NCBI RefSeq assembly: GCF_006345805.1 | Contig: NC_043001.1 | Location: 77,004,001-77,068,000 of the forward strand | DNA from: Octopus sinensis | Lineage: Eukaryota | Direction: 5' to 3' | Length of the DNA stretch: 64,000 nucleotides | In this document: piece by piece, positions 49,758 to 61,376 of the stretch | Numbering within the stretch: position 1 is the first letter of the stretch | Layout: every line of letters begins with the position of its first letter | Translations under genes and position numbers: made by a program | Notes under the pieces: model-generated | Seen by the model: only the letters and a program-made list of their open reading frames with translations | What the model was told of the DNA's origin: nothing | Databases searched by the model: none

Positions 49758-50845
49758 TTCGTTTCCTCATAACTTCCAGAAAAATAAATTTTGGCTACCT
49801 TTCGATAACGGTAGAGTGATAATGAAAGTATTTGTTTGGCAGTTTCCGTAAAAAGTTTTATTTCTTTAAATGTTTTCAGCCTAGTCGCTTATGTTTATAT
49901 ATTTTTCGTCTATGTATTTGTATGTATGCATATTTATGTAAGTACTGTATATGTATGTGTATTTGTGTATAGGCATACATACACAAATATACATGCATGC
50001 GCATAAATATATACTAACATACACAAATATACATAGATACACACACATACACAAAAAGTATATAAACAAGCGATTCAGCTGAAAATAATTAAAGAAATAA
50101 AAAATTTTACGGAAATTGCCGAACAAATATTTTCATTATCCGTCTGCTTTTATCAAAAGATAGCTGACATTTTCTACAAATACTCTTTTCAGATGGTGTG
50201 GGTTACAATTATATCGAAATTTTTATATATATAGGCGCAGGCGTAGTTGTGTGATGAGAAGGTTGCTTCGTAACCACGTGGTTCCGGGTTCAGTCCCACT
50301 GCGTGGCACCTTGGGCAGGTGTCTTCTCCTATAGCCTTGGGTCGATCAAAGCTTTGTGAGTGGATTTAGTTGACGGAAACGGAAATAAGCCCGTCGTATG
50401 TGTGTGTGTATGCCTTCCTCTATCACCACTTGACAACCGGTGTTGGTGTGTTTACGTCCCCGCAACATTAGCAGATCAGCAAAAGAGACCGACAGAATAA
50501 GTACTGGGGTCGATTCATTCGACAAGAATTCAAGGCGGTGCCCCAGCATGGCCGCAGCCTAATCACTGAAACAGGTAAAAGATAAAGGATAAATGATATT
50601 AAGAATGAATAAATAAATAAATCTGGTGGGCTCGCACCCATACATACTGACACATGCCATACAACAACAAAATAAAACTTGCAATCTCGAAAAGAATTTA
50701 TCTATGTCAGTATGTATGTGTGCGTGCCCAGCAATTTTTATTTTCTGATTAAATTCCGTTATAATGGTAATCTACACCATTTGTTAGGTATTTGTAGAAA
50801 ATTTAAATGAAAGCAAATACCTATTTTTCTGAAAGTTACGAGGAA
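49758..50845. mobile_element. MITE of the same family as 14815-15142, containing a nested inverted-repeat element (~49795-50165) and a SINE A copy (~50232-50590)
   Basis: Outer arms GTTTCCTCATAACTTCCAGAAAAATA / TATTTTTCTGAAAGTTACGAGGAAAC. Inner arms ATAATGAAAGTATTTGTTTGGCAGTTTCCGTAAAA / TTTTACGGAAATTGCCGAACAAATATTTTCATTAT. Confidence 0.7.
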
Positions 50846-51089
50846 ACAAAACCGCCTCATGTGAATTTACTGAAAATCCTCTCCCCACCTTCAGAAAAAT
50901 ATTTTCACAACAAATTCCGATGCAATCAGAATCTATACCGTCTGAAGCGTAGAAAATATCATTAAATAACATTCATTTGTCTGGAATTTATGAGGGAATA
51001 AATTCGGAGGCAGGCACACTTGTTTAGATATTCTGCGATGAAATCGAGGCGGTAAAGGAGTACGTCTAGTTAGGACACAGTGAGTAATA

Positions 51090-51640
51090 CGCCAAGATAT
51101 GGATACTGAAATCTCAAAGAGAATAAGGGCAAGATGGAAGGCATTTAACTCAAAAAAAGGATGTGCTTAAAATAAAGCTAGACAATACCACCATATGTGC
51201 CAGACACTTCAATAGCATCGTCCTACCTGTGTTCTTATGCGCAAGTGAGATGTGCGCTACTATGAAGATGATAGAACATCGATTGGCTACTATGCAAAGG
51301 GCCATGAACAGATCCATTCTGAGAATATCACTAAGACAGCACACTCAAAATTAGATAATTCAAAAATGAAGGAGAGTGAACAATGCTATCGTAGAATACC
51401 GAAAGTACAAGTTACACTGGGTCGAATATGTCGTAAGATTCACAGAGAACGGGTGAATCCGTGCAGTTGCCGAGTGGTATCTAAGAGTTCGGAAAAGGCC
51501 ACTAGGAAAGCCTCTACGACAATGGGAAGACGATTTAGTTAAGCAATTTGGATGATGATGGAAAACAATGATGCGATCATGACAGAATTGGAAGCGCATT
51601 GTGACCAATTGTCTATAACAGCATTTGATGGTCTCGTTGA
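51090..51640 (+). mobile_element. RTE-type LINE 3' fragment (third subfamily)
   Basis: ARHFNSIVLPVFL...QRAMNRSILRISLRQH...KLHWVEYV...AEWY...KRPLGKP..QWEDDL. Related 3' pieces at ~4330-4555 and ~5160-5405. Confidence 0.8.
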
Positions 51641-52261
51641 TACTGTGATATGTATGTATGCACACACACACACAGAGTTATAGTATATTCTGTTAAGAAC
51701 GTAGTAGAAAACAGTATAAAGCTCATCCACCTTCAGATTTCACCCTATGCTATCCAGTAGTAGTGAATAGATAATTGGAAAAGGTTGTAGTCAACAAAGA
51801 GTGCGGATGGACATTTATTTTCAATCACTACAATTGTTTCTATGCAACGTAGCTCTTCAGGCGTACAGGTACTTGATTATGCATTATGAAATCTAGTTGT
51901 GTTTCCTCAAGCGATATATAAATATTGTCTCCTTAAATTCAAATTCTCAGCTTCAAAAGCACCCTCTCGGTCTGTCGTGACCTGAAGTTAGTAGTAGCCA
52001 CTGAATTTATCAAGGCGAAGGACTGTTGGTAAACTCCTTCTTGTTGACTCCAAATTTTTTCAATTACACACACACACATCTTTATCTTTTACTTGTTTCA
52101 ATCATTAGACTGCGATCATACTGAAGGTTTAGTCGAACAAATTTACCACTGAACTAATTATAAGAATGGTATTTACGCTATCGCTCGATTTTGCCGAATC
52201 GCTAAGTTACGGTGACATAAACAAACCAGCACCAGTTGTCAAGCAGTGGTGGGGACAAACA

Positions 52262-52524
52262 CGTACACACACACGCATGCATGTACGCATACACACATAC
52301 ATACATACATACATACATAATACATACATACATACATACATACATACATACATACACACACACATACATACATACATATATACATAATACATACATACAT
52401 ACATACATACATAATACATACATACATACATACACACATACACACATACACACACATACATACATACATACATACATACATACATACATACATACATACA
52501 TACATACATACATACATACATACA
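52262..52524. repeat. (CATA)n microsatellite array
   Basis: Directly visible. Confidence 0.95.
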
Positions 52525-53572
52525 TGGTGGCTGCCCCCTCGTTATCAAGTATGGCCATTGCACGAAGCTTAATCAATGTTGTCATCGTGCAATGCCTGCG
52601 CAAGAAGATTTTTTTTAAAGTGAGGAAAGGCTGTGCACTGAGTTAATCCCACTCATTAAGCATCAGCAGCTATAATCCGAAAAGAAAAACAAGTCAACAT
52701 CATCGGTAACCACTGAGCCGCAGGTTTTATGTCGGAGTTATCCCAGTTACCTGAGTTATCTTCTCCTAGAAGGATACCCTAACAAAGGCTAGGAGTCCTT
52801 CACTCCCAATGGTTTAACCGCGCGATCGGGTATTAAGTCCGATTATTTCTATGTCCCCGCGCATGATACAGCCATTTGGATGGCCGTTGACACTCAAGAG
52901 TTCCTCCGCCTTTTGACGGGTTTTGTTTTTCATCCCGCAGGGTGTCCAATAAGCACCCTCCTCACCAAGCAAGCTTGGTGGGGTTGCCGGTTTAGTCGCC
53001 GACGACCCGACCATGCAACAGGTTGTACTGGGTTACTTGTTACCAGTAGCACTCGAAAGTAACCTGACATACATACATACATACATATATATATTATAAT
53101 GGGGAGGCCGGTTTATGGGGGCATACATATGTGTGTGTGTGTGCGTGTGTGTAACAATACAGCATTTCGTAGAGAAAGCAGCATCAAAACTCGGGTTTTT
53201 GGTGGTGGTGGTGGGGACAACTCCTGATAAATCCCTCGCTTAATTGCTTCACCGAAGTCAACTTAGCTTTTTATCTCCCTGGGTCTATAAAAATAAAATA
53301 CCAGTCAAATACTAGAATTGATGGTATTGTCTTATCTCCTCACCTCAAAAATTGCTACTCTTGTGCCTAAATTGTAAGCCATTTTGGTTGATGAGAAAGG
53401 CGCCCATGCTGTCAAAAAGTAACCTAGCCATTCGATAGAGACTAATAAAATAAATCCTCAACTGAAGCAAGTACTAAAGTTAATGGAGTGGGGGGAGGGG
53501 GATTAACTCCGAAGAGAGTCTTAAAGGACGCTATTGTGACACACGGTGTGTTTTGTGAGTTTAAAGCAGGTA

Positions 53573-53890
53573 GTGGAGGCGCAATGGCCTAGTGGTTAGG
53601 GCAGCAGACTCGCGGTCGGAGGGTCGCAGTTTCGATTCCCAGACCGGGCGTTGTGTCTTTATTGAGCGAAAACACCTAAAAGCTCCACGAGGCTCCGGCA
53701 GGGGGTGGTGGCGACCCTTGTTGTACTCTTTCGCCTCAGCTTTCTCTCACTCTTTCTTCCTGTTTCTTGAGTAACGCTGCGATGGACTGGCGTCCCGTCC
53801 AAGCTGGGGGGAACACATACGTCATAGAAACCGGGAAACTGGGCCCATGAGCCTGGCTAGGCTTGAAAAGGGCGCATGAATAAAATAAAA
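53573..53890 (+). mobile_element. SINE family E copy
   Basis: Highly similar to 45723-46038, CpG-rich, (TAAAA)n tail. Confidence 0.82.
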
Positions 53891-54152
53891 TAGGAAATCT
53901 TTACTCAGAAGGGGGTCGCATGAGACATGACTCATCATCAGGTGGGCTGCAATACACGCACACACATACACACACACACAAAATCAAGTAACTTTTCTTT
54001 TACGTGTGCCATTCAGAAAGTGCCGCGGACCGCAAGTTGCCTATATGAAGAGTGATGCAGATTCATCACTGCAAGGAATTAGATTGTAGCGAGATCCATT
54101 TCTGCTGTGGCATTTTGTAATCGACTAGCCTTAAATAGGCTCCACATCTTTA

Positions 54153-54220
54153 ATGATTGGTCGTTTGACCTATCAAGTGAGTTTGAAACATTTGGCTGTG
54201 TCTTGTATTTTGATTGGTCG
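54153..54220. promoter_or_regulatory. Paired inverted CCAAT (NF-Y-like) boxes
   Basis: Identical TGATTGGTCG 10-mers with ATTGG at 54156 and 54213 (57 bp apart). Confidence 0.35.
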
Positions 54221-54304
54221 AGTATTAAGCGGAGTATAGATCTCGGATCTAATCACGTTGTGCATAATAATTACTAAATAACTAACTTGAACTGTTGCTG
54301 GGAG

Positions 54305-54556
54305 TATAGCTTTGTTAAGCCATACGCAAACAAACTAGTGGAGACGAGAATATATTTATCAAAGGTTTATTACTTTAAAAGGTTTATTACATCAGGGCTT
54401 AAGTCGTCAGTTATTTCTGTTTAGTTCATTCAGATTCGTTTCACACTCACTGTTGCCATTCCGGAAGTCTCTTTTGTTTTCCTGCTGACCAACTTCGTAG
54501 CTAGCTCGCAGCGAAGTTTCTGTCTACAATTCGTCTGTCACGAATCTTGTCCTACA
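54305..54556 (-). repeat. 3' LTR of the Gypsy element
   Basis: Direct repeat of 58096-58357 with roughly 19 substitutions and several indels (counted by eye). Confidence 0.93.
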
Positions 54557-54569
54557 TAGCTCCTCATCC
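54557..54569 (-). other. Polypurine tract
   Basis: GGATGAGGAGCTA immediately precedes the 3' LTR on the element strand. Confidence 0.75.
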
Positions 54570-54739
54570 AAAACTGTTGGAAAACTGTCATTGGAAACGG
54601 GAAGGCGTTTTAATTGTCCTGCCCATGTGTGTAGTTACTCGATTCTTGTGTGACTTCCTTGTCAAGGGTTGGTGTGATCTGTCTAGGACGGCCCCTGCTT
54701 GGTAGTTGGTACTTGGTAGTATATCGAATATACCGGTTT

Positions 54740-57620
54740 CTATCTGTCGATGGAGACTGTGTCTTGTCGTCCGCCAGTTAGGAGTTGGAATGTTTTATCT
54801 CCCGGATGTATGACTTGATATGGACCATCGTAGGGTGACTGGAGAGGTTTTCGTTGTGTGTCACGTCGATCGAGCACAAATTTAGCCGTGCGATCATTTG
54901 GTGCGGATGATCTGGGTGTGCCGTGTGTCGACATGGGAACAGGGCGCAACTGGCGCACGCTGTCTCTCAGTTGAGCGAGGTACCTTTTGCCATCCGGGTC
55001 TGACTTCGTATTCGGAAGGAACTCACCTGGCACTGTAAGGGAAGCACCCTACACCATTTCCGCGGAGGAAGTGTTGAGATTTTCTTTTGGGGCAGTGCGG
55101 ATTCTCAGCATCACCTATGTGAGTTGGTCAATTCAATTTGGCCCGTTAAGTTTGGTTGTCAGGGATTCTTTCAGGCGGCGGTGAAATCTCTCCACTAATC
55201 CGTTGGCCTGTGGGTGGTAGGCTGTTGTGCAGTTCATTGTGATTCCGAAAAGGTCACACATGTCATTCCACAGCTTTGAAGTGAGTTGTGGACCCCGATC
55301 GGAATTGTGGACACCGAAATGGGCGACCCAGTTTGCGATGAAGGCTCGGCTGACTTCTTGTGTTTCCGTGCTGCGGAGAGGGATAGCTTCAGGCCAACGG
55401 GTATAGCAGTCTACCAAGGTCAGTAGATACGAGCAACTCTGTGAAGGTGGTAGGGGGCTGACAAGGTCGATGTTGACATGACTGAATCAAGCCTGAGGTT
55501 GTTCATAGTTTCCGAGGGGTGCTTTGATGTGTTGGACCTTAGCTTGTTGACAGGGGATGCAGGACCTGGACCAGTCCCCGTTTGCTTGGCCATACCGTGC
55601 CAGATAAATTTGCTTGGCAGCATCCGCCGTGTGGCTTTAGTACCTGGATGGGAAAGTCTGTGAATGATGTCGAAAACTTTCTTGCGCCAGGCTGATGGGA
55701 CTATCGGTCATGGCTTCCCAGTGGATACATCACAAAGTAGGGTTATGTCGTTAGAGCCAAAGTGTACATCCTGCAAAGTGATGTGATGGCAGTGCGGTAG
55801 GCCTTGATCGCCTCATCTGTCTGTTGGGTTGCAGCCATAGCTTCGTAATCCAAGCCTTCCGTTATTGGTGCTAAGTAGGTGTGAGATCGGGTAGGGGCAC
55901 GAGAGAGTGCGTCGGCAACTGGGTTGCCGTTGCCAGCTATGTGTCGGATATCTGTGGTGTACTCAGAAATTGCCGATAGCTGTCGTTGCTGACGGGCAGA
56001 CCAAGGCTCCGAGAGCTTTCTCAGAGCAAAGGTAAGTGGTTTGTGATCCGTGAATACTGTAAACGTGCGGCCTTCAAGGAAATAGCGAAAGTGGCGGACA
56101 TCTAGCTGGACAGCCAGTAATTCCCTGTCAAAAGCAGTGTGTTTCTGTTCAGGGGGTCGTAATTGTCAGCTGAAGAAGGTGAGCGGTGCCACTGACTGTT
56201 GATGCGTTGTTCCAAAATGCCTCCAATGGTTGTTCGGATGCGTCAACAGTGAGTGCAGTCCAAGATGACATATGAGGATGGGACAGCATGGTTGCTTGGA
56301 CCAGGGCTTGTTTTGTGAATTCGAATGCTGAAGTCATTGTACTATCCCACTCCACCTGTCTTTTTGAACCGTCTTTGTACAGGGGTCTCATCACTCTTAC
56401 TGCAGAAGGGATGAAGCGATGGTAAAAGTTTACCATGCCCATAAATTGATGTAATGCCTTGCTTGTGGTAGGGCGTGGAAAGGATGGGATAGCTTTTACT
56501 TTTTCTGGCAGGGATGTAGCGCGGGTACTTGTGATTCGATGTCCCAAGAAGTTGATTTCTCTCGCACCAAAAACGCGCCTGGCGGGTTGATTACTAAACC
56601 AATCTGTTCCAGCCTATCAAAAAGAGTCACTAGGTGCCTCATATGTAGCTCTGCGTTTGGGCTTGCAATAAGGATATCATCTAAGTATGCAAAAACAAAA
56701 TCGAGACATCTGTACACAGTGGTGTCCATCAGGCGTTGGAAGGATTCAGCCGCATTTTTCAGCCCAAAAGGTGTATGTAGGAATTCTTACAGACTGAAAG
56801 GAGTCATCACAGAGGTTTTCGGCACATCGTCGTCTTGTACTGGTATTTGGTGGTATCCCCGGATGAGGCCAACCTTGGAGAAAACCGAGCACCCGGCTAG
56901 CTGGGCTGAAAAATCTTGTATATTGGAAATGGGTAGCGGTCGGTGTCGTATCCGCGTTGAGACGGCGTTAATCTCCGCAGGGTCGATGACCTCCGTTGGA
57001 TTTGGGGCTCATATGCAAGGGTGATGACCAGGGAATACTTGATCGGCGAACCTCCATATTGTCAAACTCGGCCTTTGCGATTGCAAGTTTGTCTGGTGAT
57101 AGATGACGTGCTTGGCTGTGCACGAGGGATAGGCGGTGTAGATGTGGTGTGTTACCCCGTGGCAGGCTGTAAGTTTGGAGAATCTCGGAGTGGTGAGATT
57201 GGGGCGACTTACAAGATCCGAGAATTCGTTCTTGGTCTGCAAGATGGTTGCTATGCGGGGGGCGGCATATGCAGATGTTGCAAGAGGCACGGAAGCATAT
57301 GTATTGTTGTCGAGGAGTCGTCTTCCCCGCAAATCTACCAGCAGCAAGTGTGCACGAAGAAAGTCTGCACCGATTATGGACTGATGGACATCGGCGATGG
57401 TGAATGCCCGTGTATATTTTTATGAGCTGATGTTGAGAGAAAGAGTGTGACGACTGTATGCTTCGATTGTGAACCTGTTAGCGGCTGTTAAAGGTTGACT
57501 CCGCTTTCCGTGACGGAGGTCCCTTGCCGATGCCGGGATCACGCTGACTTCTGCTCCTGTGTCGATTAGGAACCTGCGTCCAGACCTGCGATCGCGGACA
57601 TAGAATAGCATTTGGTCGTG
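54740..57620 (-). pseudogene. Degenerate Gypsy pol (PR-RT-RH-IN)
   Basis: ORF fragments 57420-57611, 57009-57347, 56496-56729, 56149-56547, 55420-55623, 55133-55417 and 54740-55033 carry consecutive pol motifs. Confidence 0.92.
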
Positions 57621-57649
57621 TCTGCCGGCTACCAGGGCGTTTAGTGGCG

Positions 57650-58059
57650 GCCGGCCCTGGAGTTTCCCTGGGCCACTGATGAAGTGGTCCCTAAGCTAAA
57701 TAGAAGGTGACTCACCAGAGCGGGAGACTAATGCCAACATCCTGCCCATCAGTTCCGAAGGATTGGAATCGCCTAATTCCTCCTCCAGTATCTTGGCTGC
57801 CGCTTCTCTTTCACTGCGTCGGAATGTATCCACTAGCCTATCTTTCAATATGGCGTATTTTTCATTGGTGGGGGTGGGTTAAAATGTCCAGCACCCTCGT
57901 TGCCGTGTCTTCGTCAAGGTGCGAGTACTTCGTTTGGTCAGCCATTACCTTGTTTATATCGAATTGAGCTTCCGCCTGCGCGAACCACAGTTCAGCCCTC
58001 TTCGACCAGAACTGTGGTCGCCTCAGTGTTGTTTTGTTGCTAGCCATGTTTGTTTCCAT
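57650..58059 (-). pseudogene. Degenerate Gypsy gag
   Basis: METNMASNKTTLRRPQFWSKRAELWFAQAEAQF matches the P.FW...WF.Q.EAQF gag motif. Frameshifted and apparently shortened. Confidence 0.8.
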
Positions 58060-58079
58060 AGCGAGAGCTGTTGTTCTAT

Positions 58080-58093
58080 CGTCAGGGTCACCA
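58080..58093 (-). other. Primer-binding site complementary to the tRNA-Trp 3' end
   Basis: TGGTGACCCTGACG lies 2 nt inside the 5' LTR; 13/14 match to the complement of the recalled eukaryotic tRNA-Trp 3' end (TGGTGACCCCGACG). Confidence 0.85.
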
Positions 58094-58095
58094 GT

Positions 58096-58357
58096 TATAG
58101 CTTTGTTAAGCTATACGCAAACAAACTAGTGGAGACGAGAATACTTTTATCAAAGATTTATTACTTCACGTTCATCAGAGCTTAAGTCGTCAGTTATTTG
58201 TTTAGTTCACTCAGATTCGTTTCACACTCACTGTTGATATTCTTTTGTTTTCCTTCTCCTACCGGGAGTATCTTTTGTTTTCCTGCTGGCCAACTTTCTA
58301 GCTAGCCCGCAGCGACGTTTCTGTCTACAGTTCGTTTGTCACGAATCCTGCCCTACA
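58096..58357 (-). repeat. 5' LTR of the Gypsy element
   Basis: Direct repeat of 54305-54556; element-strand termini TGTAG...CTATA. Confidence 0.93.
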
Positions 58358-58852
58358 GGAGTCTGTTTTTGCCTACATTTAGTCTTGACAAAAACCTCTC
58401 TGGGTGTGAAGTGAGAGAATTCCTGGAGGAGGCGCCATGATATTTTCCAGCAGTCATAACGAAGCACGCGTAACCAACGACGGCCAGAGCGGAATTATCC
58501 AAATAATGGATGGACTATACAACCAACAGAATCACCGATGTATTAATTTGGTCCACTGTATAATTTAGCAGAGGAATAAAGTCTCGCTGCTATTTTAAAG
58601 TTTGTTTCTTGTAATATTTCCACGAGTTAACATGCCACATGTTATATAGTGGTATGCAAAATGCTTAGCGGTTTTTCACCTAACACTACGATATGAGTTC
58701 AAATTGCGCCGAGGTCGACTTTGTCTTTCATCATTTCGAGGTTGATAAATTAGATACCAGTTGAGTACTGGGATTGATGTAATCAACTAGATCCTTCCCC
58801 CTTGTGCCTATAGCAGAAAGGATTATTTACACGAGTTAACACGCTACACGTT

Positions 58853-59327
58853 TGTAATGGAAAGCAAGGTTTACGATATCGGGAGAACATCGCCTTCTCC
58901 CATTATCTCTTGTTCTTCGTGTAGTTCAGGCTCCAGCAGGCGAAAAAAGAAGTCTTTAAGTACAAATGCTATTTACAACCAGTTTATTTACAAGTTTTAC
59001 AGAATAGGTTAAGTGTGTTGCTCTCAGCAACCATCTCAAGCTTTGTGCCTTGTGTTGTATCTCCGTTAGTGCGGGCACATTGCCTCTGGAGGTACAACAT
59101 GCAGACAGGCCCAGCCAGTGAAGTGTGCTCAGCAAGCGCTGCTGCGAAGAAGAGGAGAGAAGGAATCTGTTTCTGTTTGGCCCTTAAATACAGTTTGCCA
59201 TCGCGAGCCTCGTTGTGATCTCGCGTATGGCAAATGGATGCAGGTGAGGTCTCGCTCCAGTCTCGGAGATGGCAATGGCTGCCGCGAGATCTCATCCGAT
59301 ATGGCGCTGACTGTTTGTGCCGCTACA
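58853..59327 (-). mobile_element. Solo LTR of a second family
   Basis: TGTAA...CTACA termini, TSD CGTT (58849-58852, 59328-59331). On the - strand: TATA-like TATTTAA (59190-59184) followed by AATAAA (58988-58983). Confidence 0.8.
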
Positions 59328-59712
59328 CGTTATATAGTGGTATGCAACATTCTATAGTAAACCAAAAGAGACTTTATGACCACCACAGCTAAAAGACCAT
59401 CCATGATGTTTTCCATAGAGAGACAAGCAGAGGAATAAACCCCATTGCATGACTAGTACATCATTTATCAACCCCTGAAGGATAAAAAGGGACGTTGCTC
59501 TCAATAGGATTTGAACTCAAAAAGGTCGAAATGAATATCTTCCATCGTTTACTTGTTTCACTCATTGGACTGCAGCCATGCTTGGATACCATCTTGAAAG
59601 GTTTAGTCGATCAAATTGCCCCCAGTGTTTTTTTTTTAATCTGGAACTTATTTTATCACTCTTATTTGCCAAACCGGAAAGTTACGGGAACGAAAACAAA
59701 CGAGACAAACGC

Positions 59713-59748
<36 letters not shown>

Positions 59749-59761
59749 TGCATGTGTCGAA

Positions 59762-60094
59762 GGCACATGGCTCAGTGGTTAGAGCGTCGGGTTCACAATG
59801 ATGAGGTAGGGGGTTCGATTCCCAGACCGGGCTGTATGTTGTTTTCTTGAGCAAGACGTTTTATTTCACATTGCTCCACTTCACTCACCTGTAGAAATGA
59901 GTTGCGACGTGACTGGTGCCAAGCTGTATCAGCCTTTTCTTTTCCTTTGGGAAACACTGGTGGCACGGAGAGGAGAGGCTGGTATGCATGGGAGACTACT
60001 GGTCTTCCATAAACAACAGTGCCCGGACCTGTGTCTCGGAGGGGTACTTTCTAGTTGCAATCACCATAATCATTCATGACTGAAGAGGGTCTTT
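59762..60094 (+). mobile_element. SINE family B copy
   Basis: Intact-looking TGGCTCAGTGG A box and GGTTCGATTCCC B box; followed by the large TATG array. Confidence 0.85.
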
Positions 60095-60098
60095 AGCC

Positions 60099-60244
60099 TA
60101 TGTATGTATGTATGTATGTATGTATGTATGTATGTATGTATGTATGTATGTATGTATGTATGCATGCATGTATGTATGTATGCATGCATGCGTGTATGTA
60201 TGCATGTATGCATGTATGCATGCGTGTATGTATGCATGTATGTA

Positions 60245-60275
<31 letters not shown>

Positions 60276-60432
60276 ATGTATGCATATATGTATGTATGTA
60301 TGTGGTGTGTGTATGTATGTATGTGTGTTGTATGTATGTATGTATGTATGTGTATGTATGTATGTATGTATGTGTGTGTGTATATATGTATGTATGTACG
60401 TATGTATGTGTGTGTGTATGTATGTATGTATG

Positions 60433-60464
<32 letters not shown>

Positions 60465-60556
60465 TGTATGTATGCATGCATGTATGTATGTATGCATGCA
60501 TGCGTGTATGTATGCATGTATGCATGTATGCATGCGTGTATGTATGCATGTATGTA

Positions 60557-60587
<31 letters not shown>

Positions 60588-60744
60588 ATGTATGCATATA
60601 TGTATGTATGTATGTGGTGTGTGTATGTATGTATGTGTGTTGTATGTATGTATGTATGTATGTGTATGTATGTATGTATGTATGTGTGTGTGTATATATG
60701 TATGTATGTACGTATGTATGTGTGTGTGTATGTATGTATGTATG

Positions 60745-60776
<32 letters not shown>

Positions 60777-60977
60777 TGTATGTATGCATGCATGTATGTA
60801 TGTATGCATGCATGCGTGTATGTATGCATGTATGCATGTATGCATGCGTGTATGTATGCATGTATGTATGTGTGTGTATGTATGTATGTATGTACGCATA
60901 TATGTATTATGTATGTGTGTGTGTATGTATGTATGTGTGTGTATGTATGTATGTATGTACGTATGTATGTGTGTGTG

Positions 60978-61011
<34 letters not shown>

Positions 61012-61179
61012 TGTGTGTGTATGTATGTATGTATGTACGTATGTATGTGTGTGTGTATATATGTATGTATGTACGTATGTATGTGTGTGTGTATGTATGT
61101 ATGTATGCATATATGTATTATGTATGTATGTATGTGTATGTATGTATGTATGTGTGTGTGTGTATGTATGTATGTATGC

Positions 61180-61212
<33 letters not shown>

Positions 61213-61376
61213 TGTATGTGTGTGTGTATGTATGTATGTATTTATGCATGCATGTATGTATGTATGTGTGTGTGTATGTATGTATGCATATATGTATGAT
61301 GTATGTATGTATTATGTATGTATGTATGTATGTATGTATGTATGTATGTAGGTATGTATGTATGTAGGTAGGTAGG
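60099..61376. repeat. Complex (TATG)n/(TG)n microsatellite array with 312-bp higher-order repeat
   Basis: The variant block GCATGCATG starts at 60162, 60474 and 60786; the unique GG occurs at 60304 and 60616. Confidence 0.95.

Larger units (their letters stand above)
54305..58357 (-). mobile_element. Full-length degenerate Ty3/Gypsy LTR retrotransposon, probably CsRn1/Kabuki/Boudicca-type
   Basis: Paired LTRs, TSD GGAG (54301-54304, 58358-58361), tRNA-Trp-type PBS and PPT. Domain order gag, PR (DTGAEVS), RT (YLDD), RNase H (VDAS, TDHKPL), IN (VDCYTRWPEA, SDRGPQ, HPQANGLVERF). Multiple stops and frameshifts. Confidence 0.95.

Noticed and set aside
53573-53650. tRNA-like sequences at SINE heads (also ~45723, 59762, 3978)
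   Set aside because: A/B boxes are present but there is no proper acceptor stem, and they continue into SINE bodies; not tRNA genes.
58984-59295. 103-aa ORF
   Set aside because: Lies wholly inside the solo LTR; no recognisable motif.
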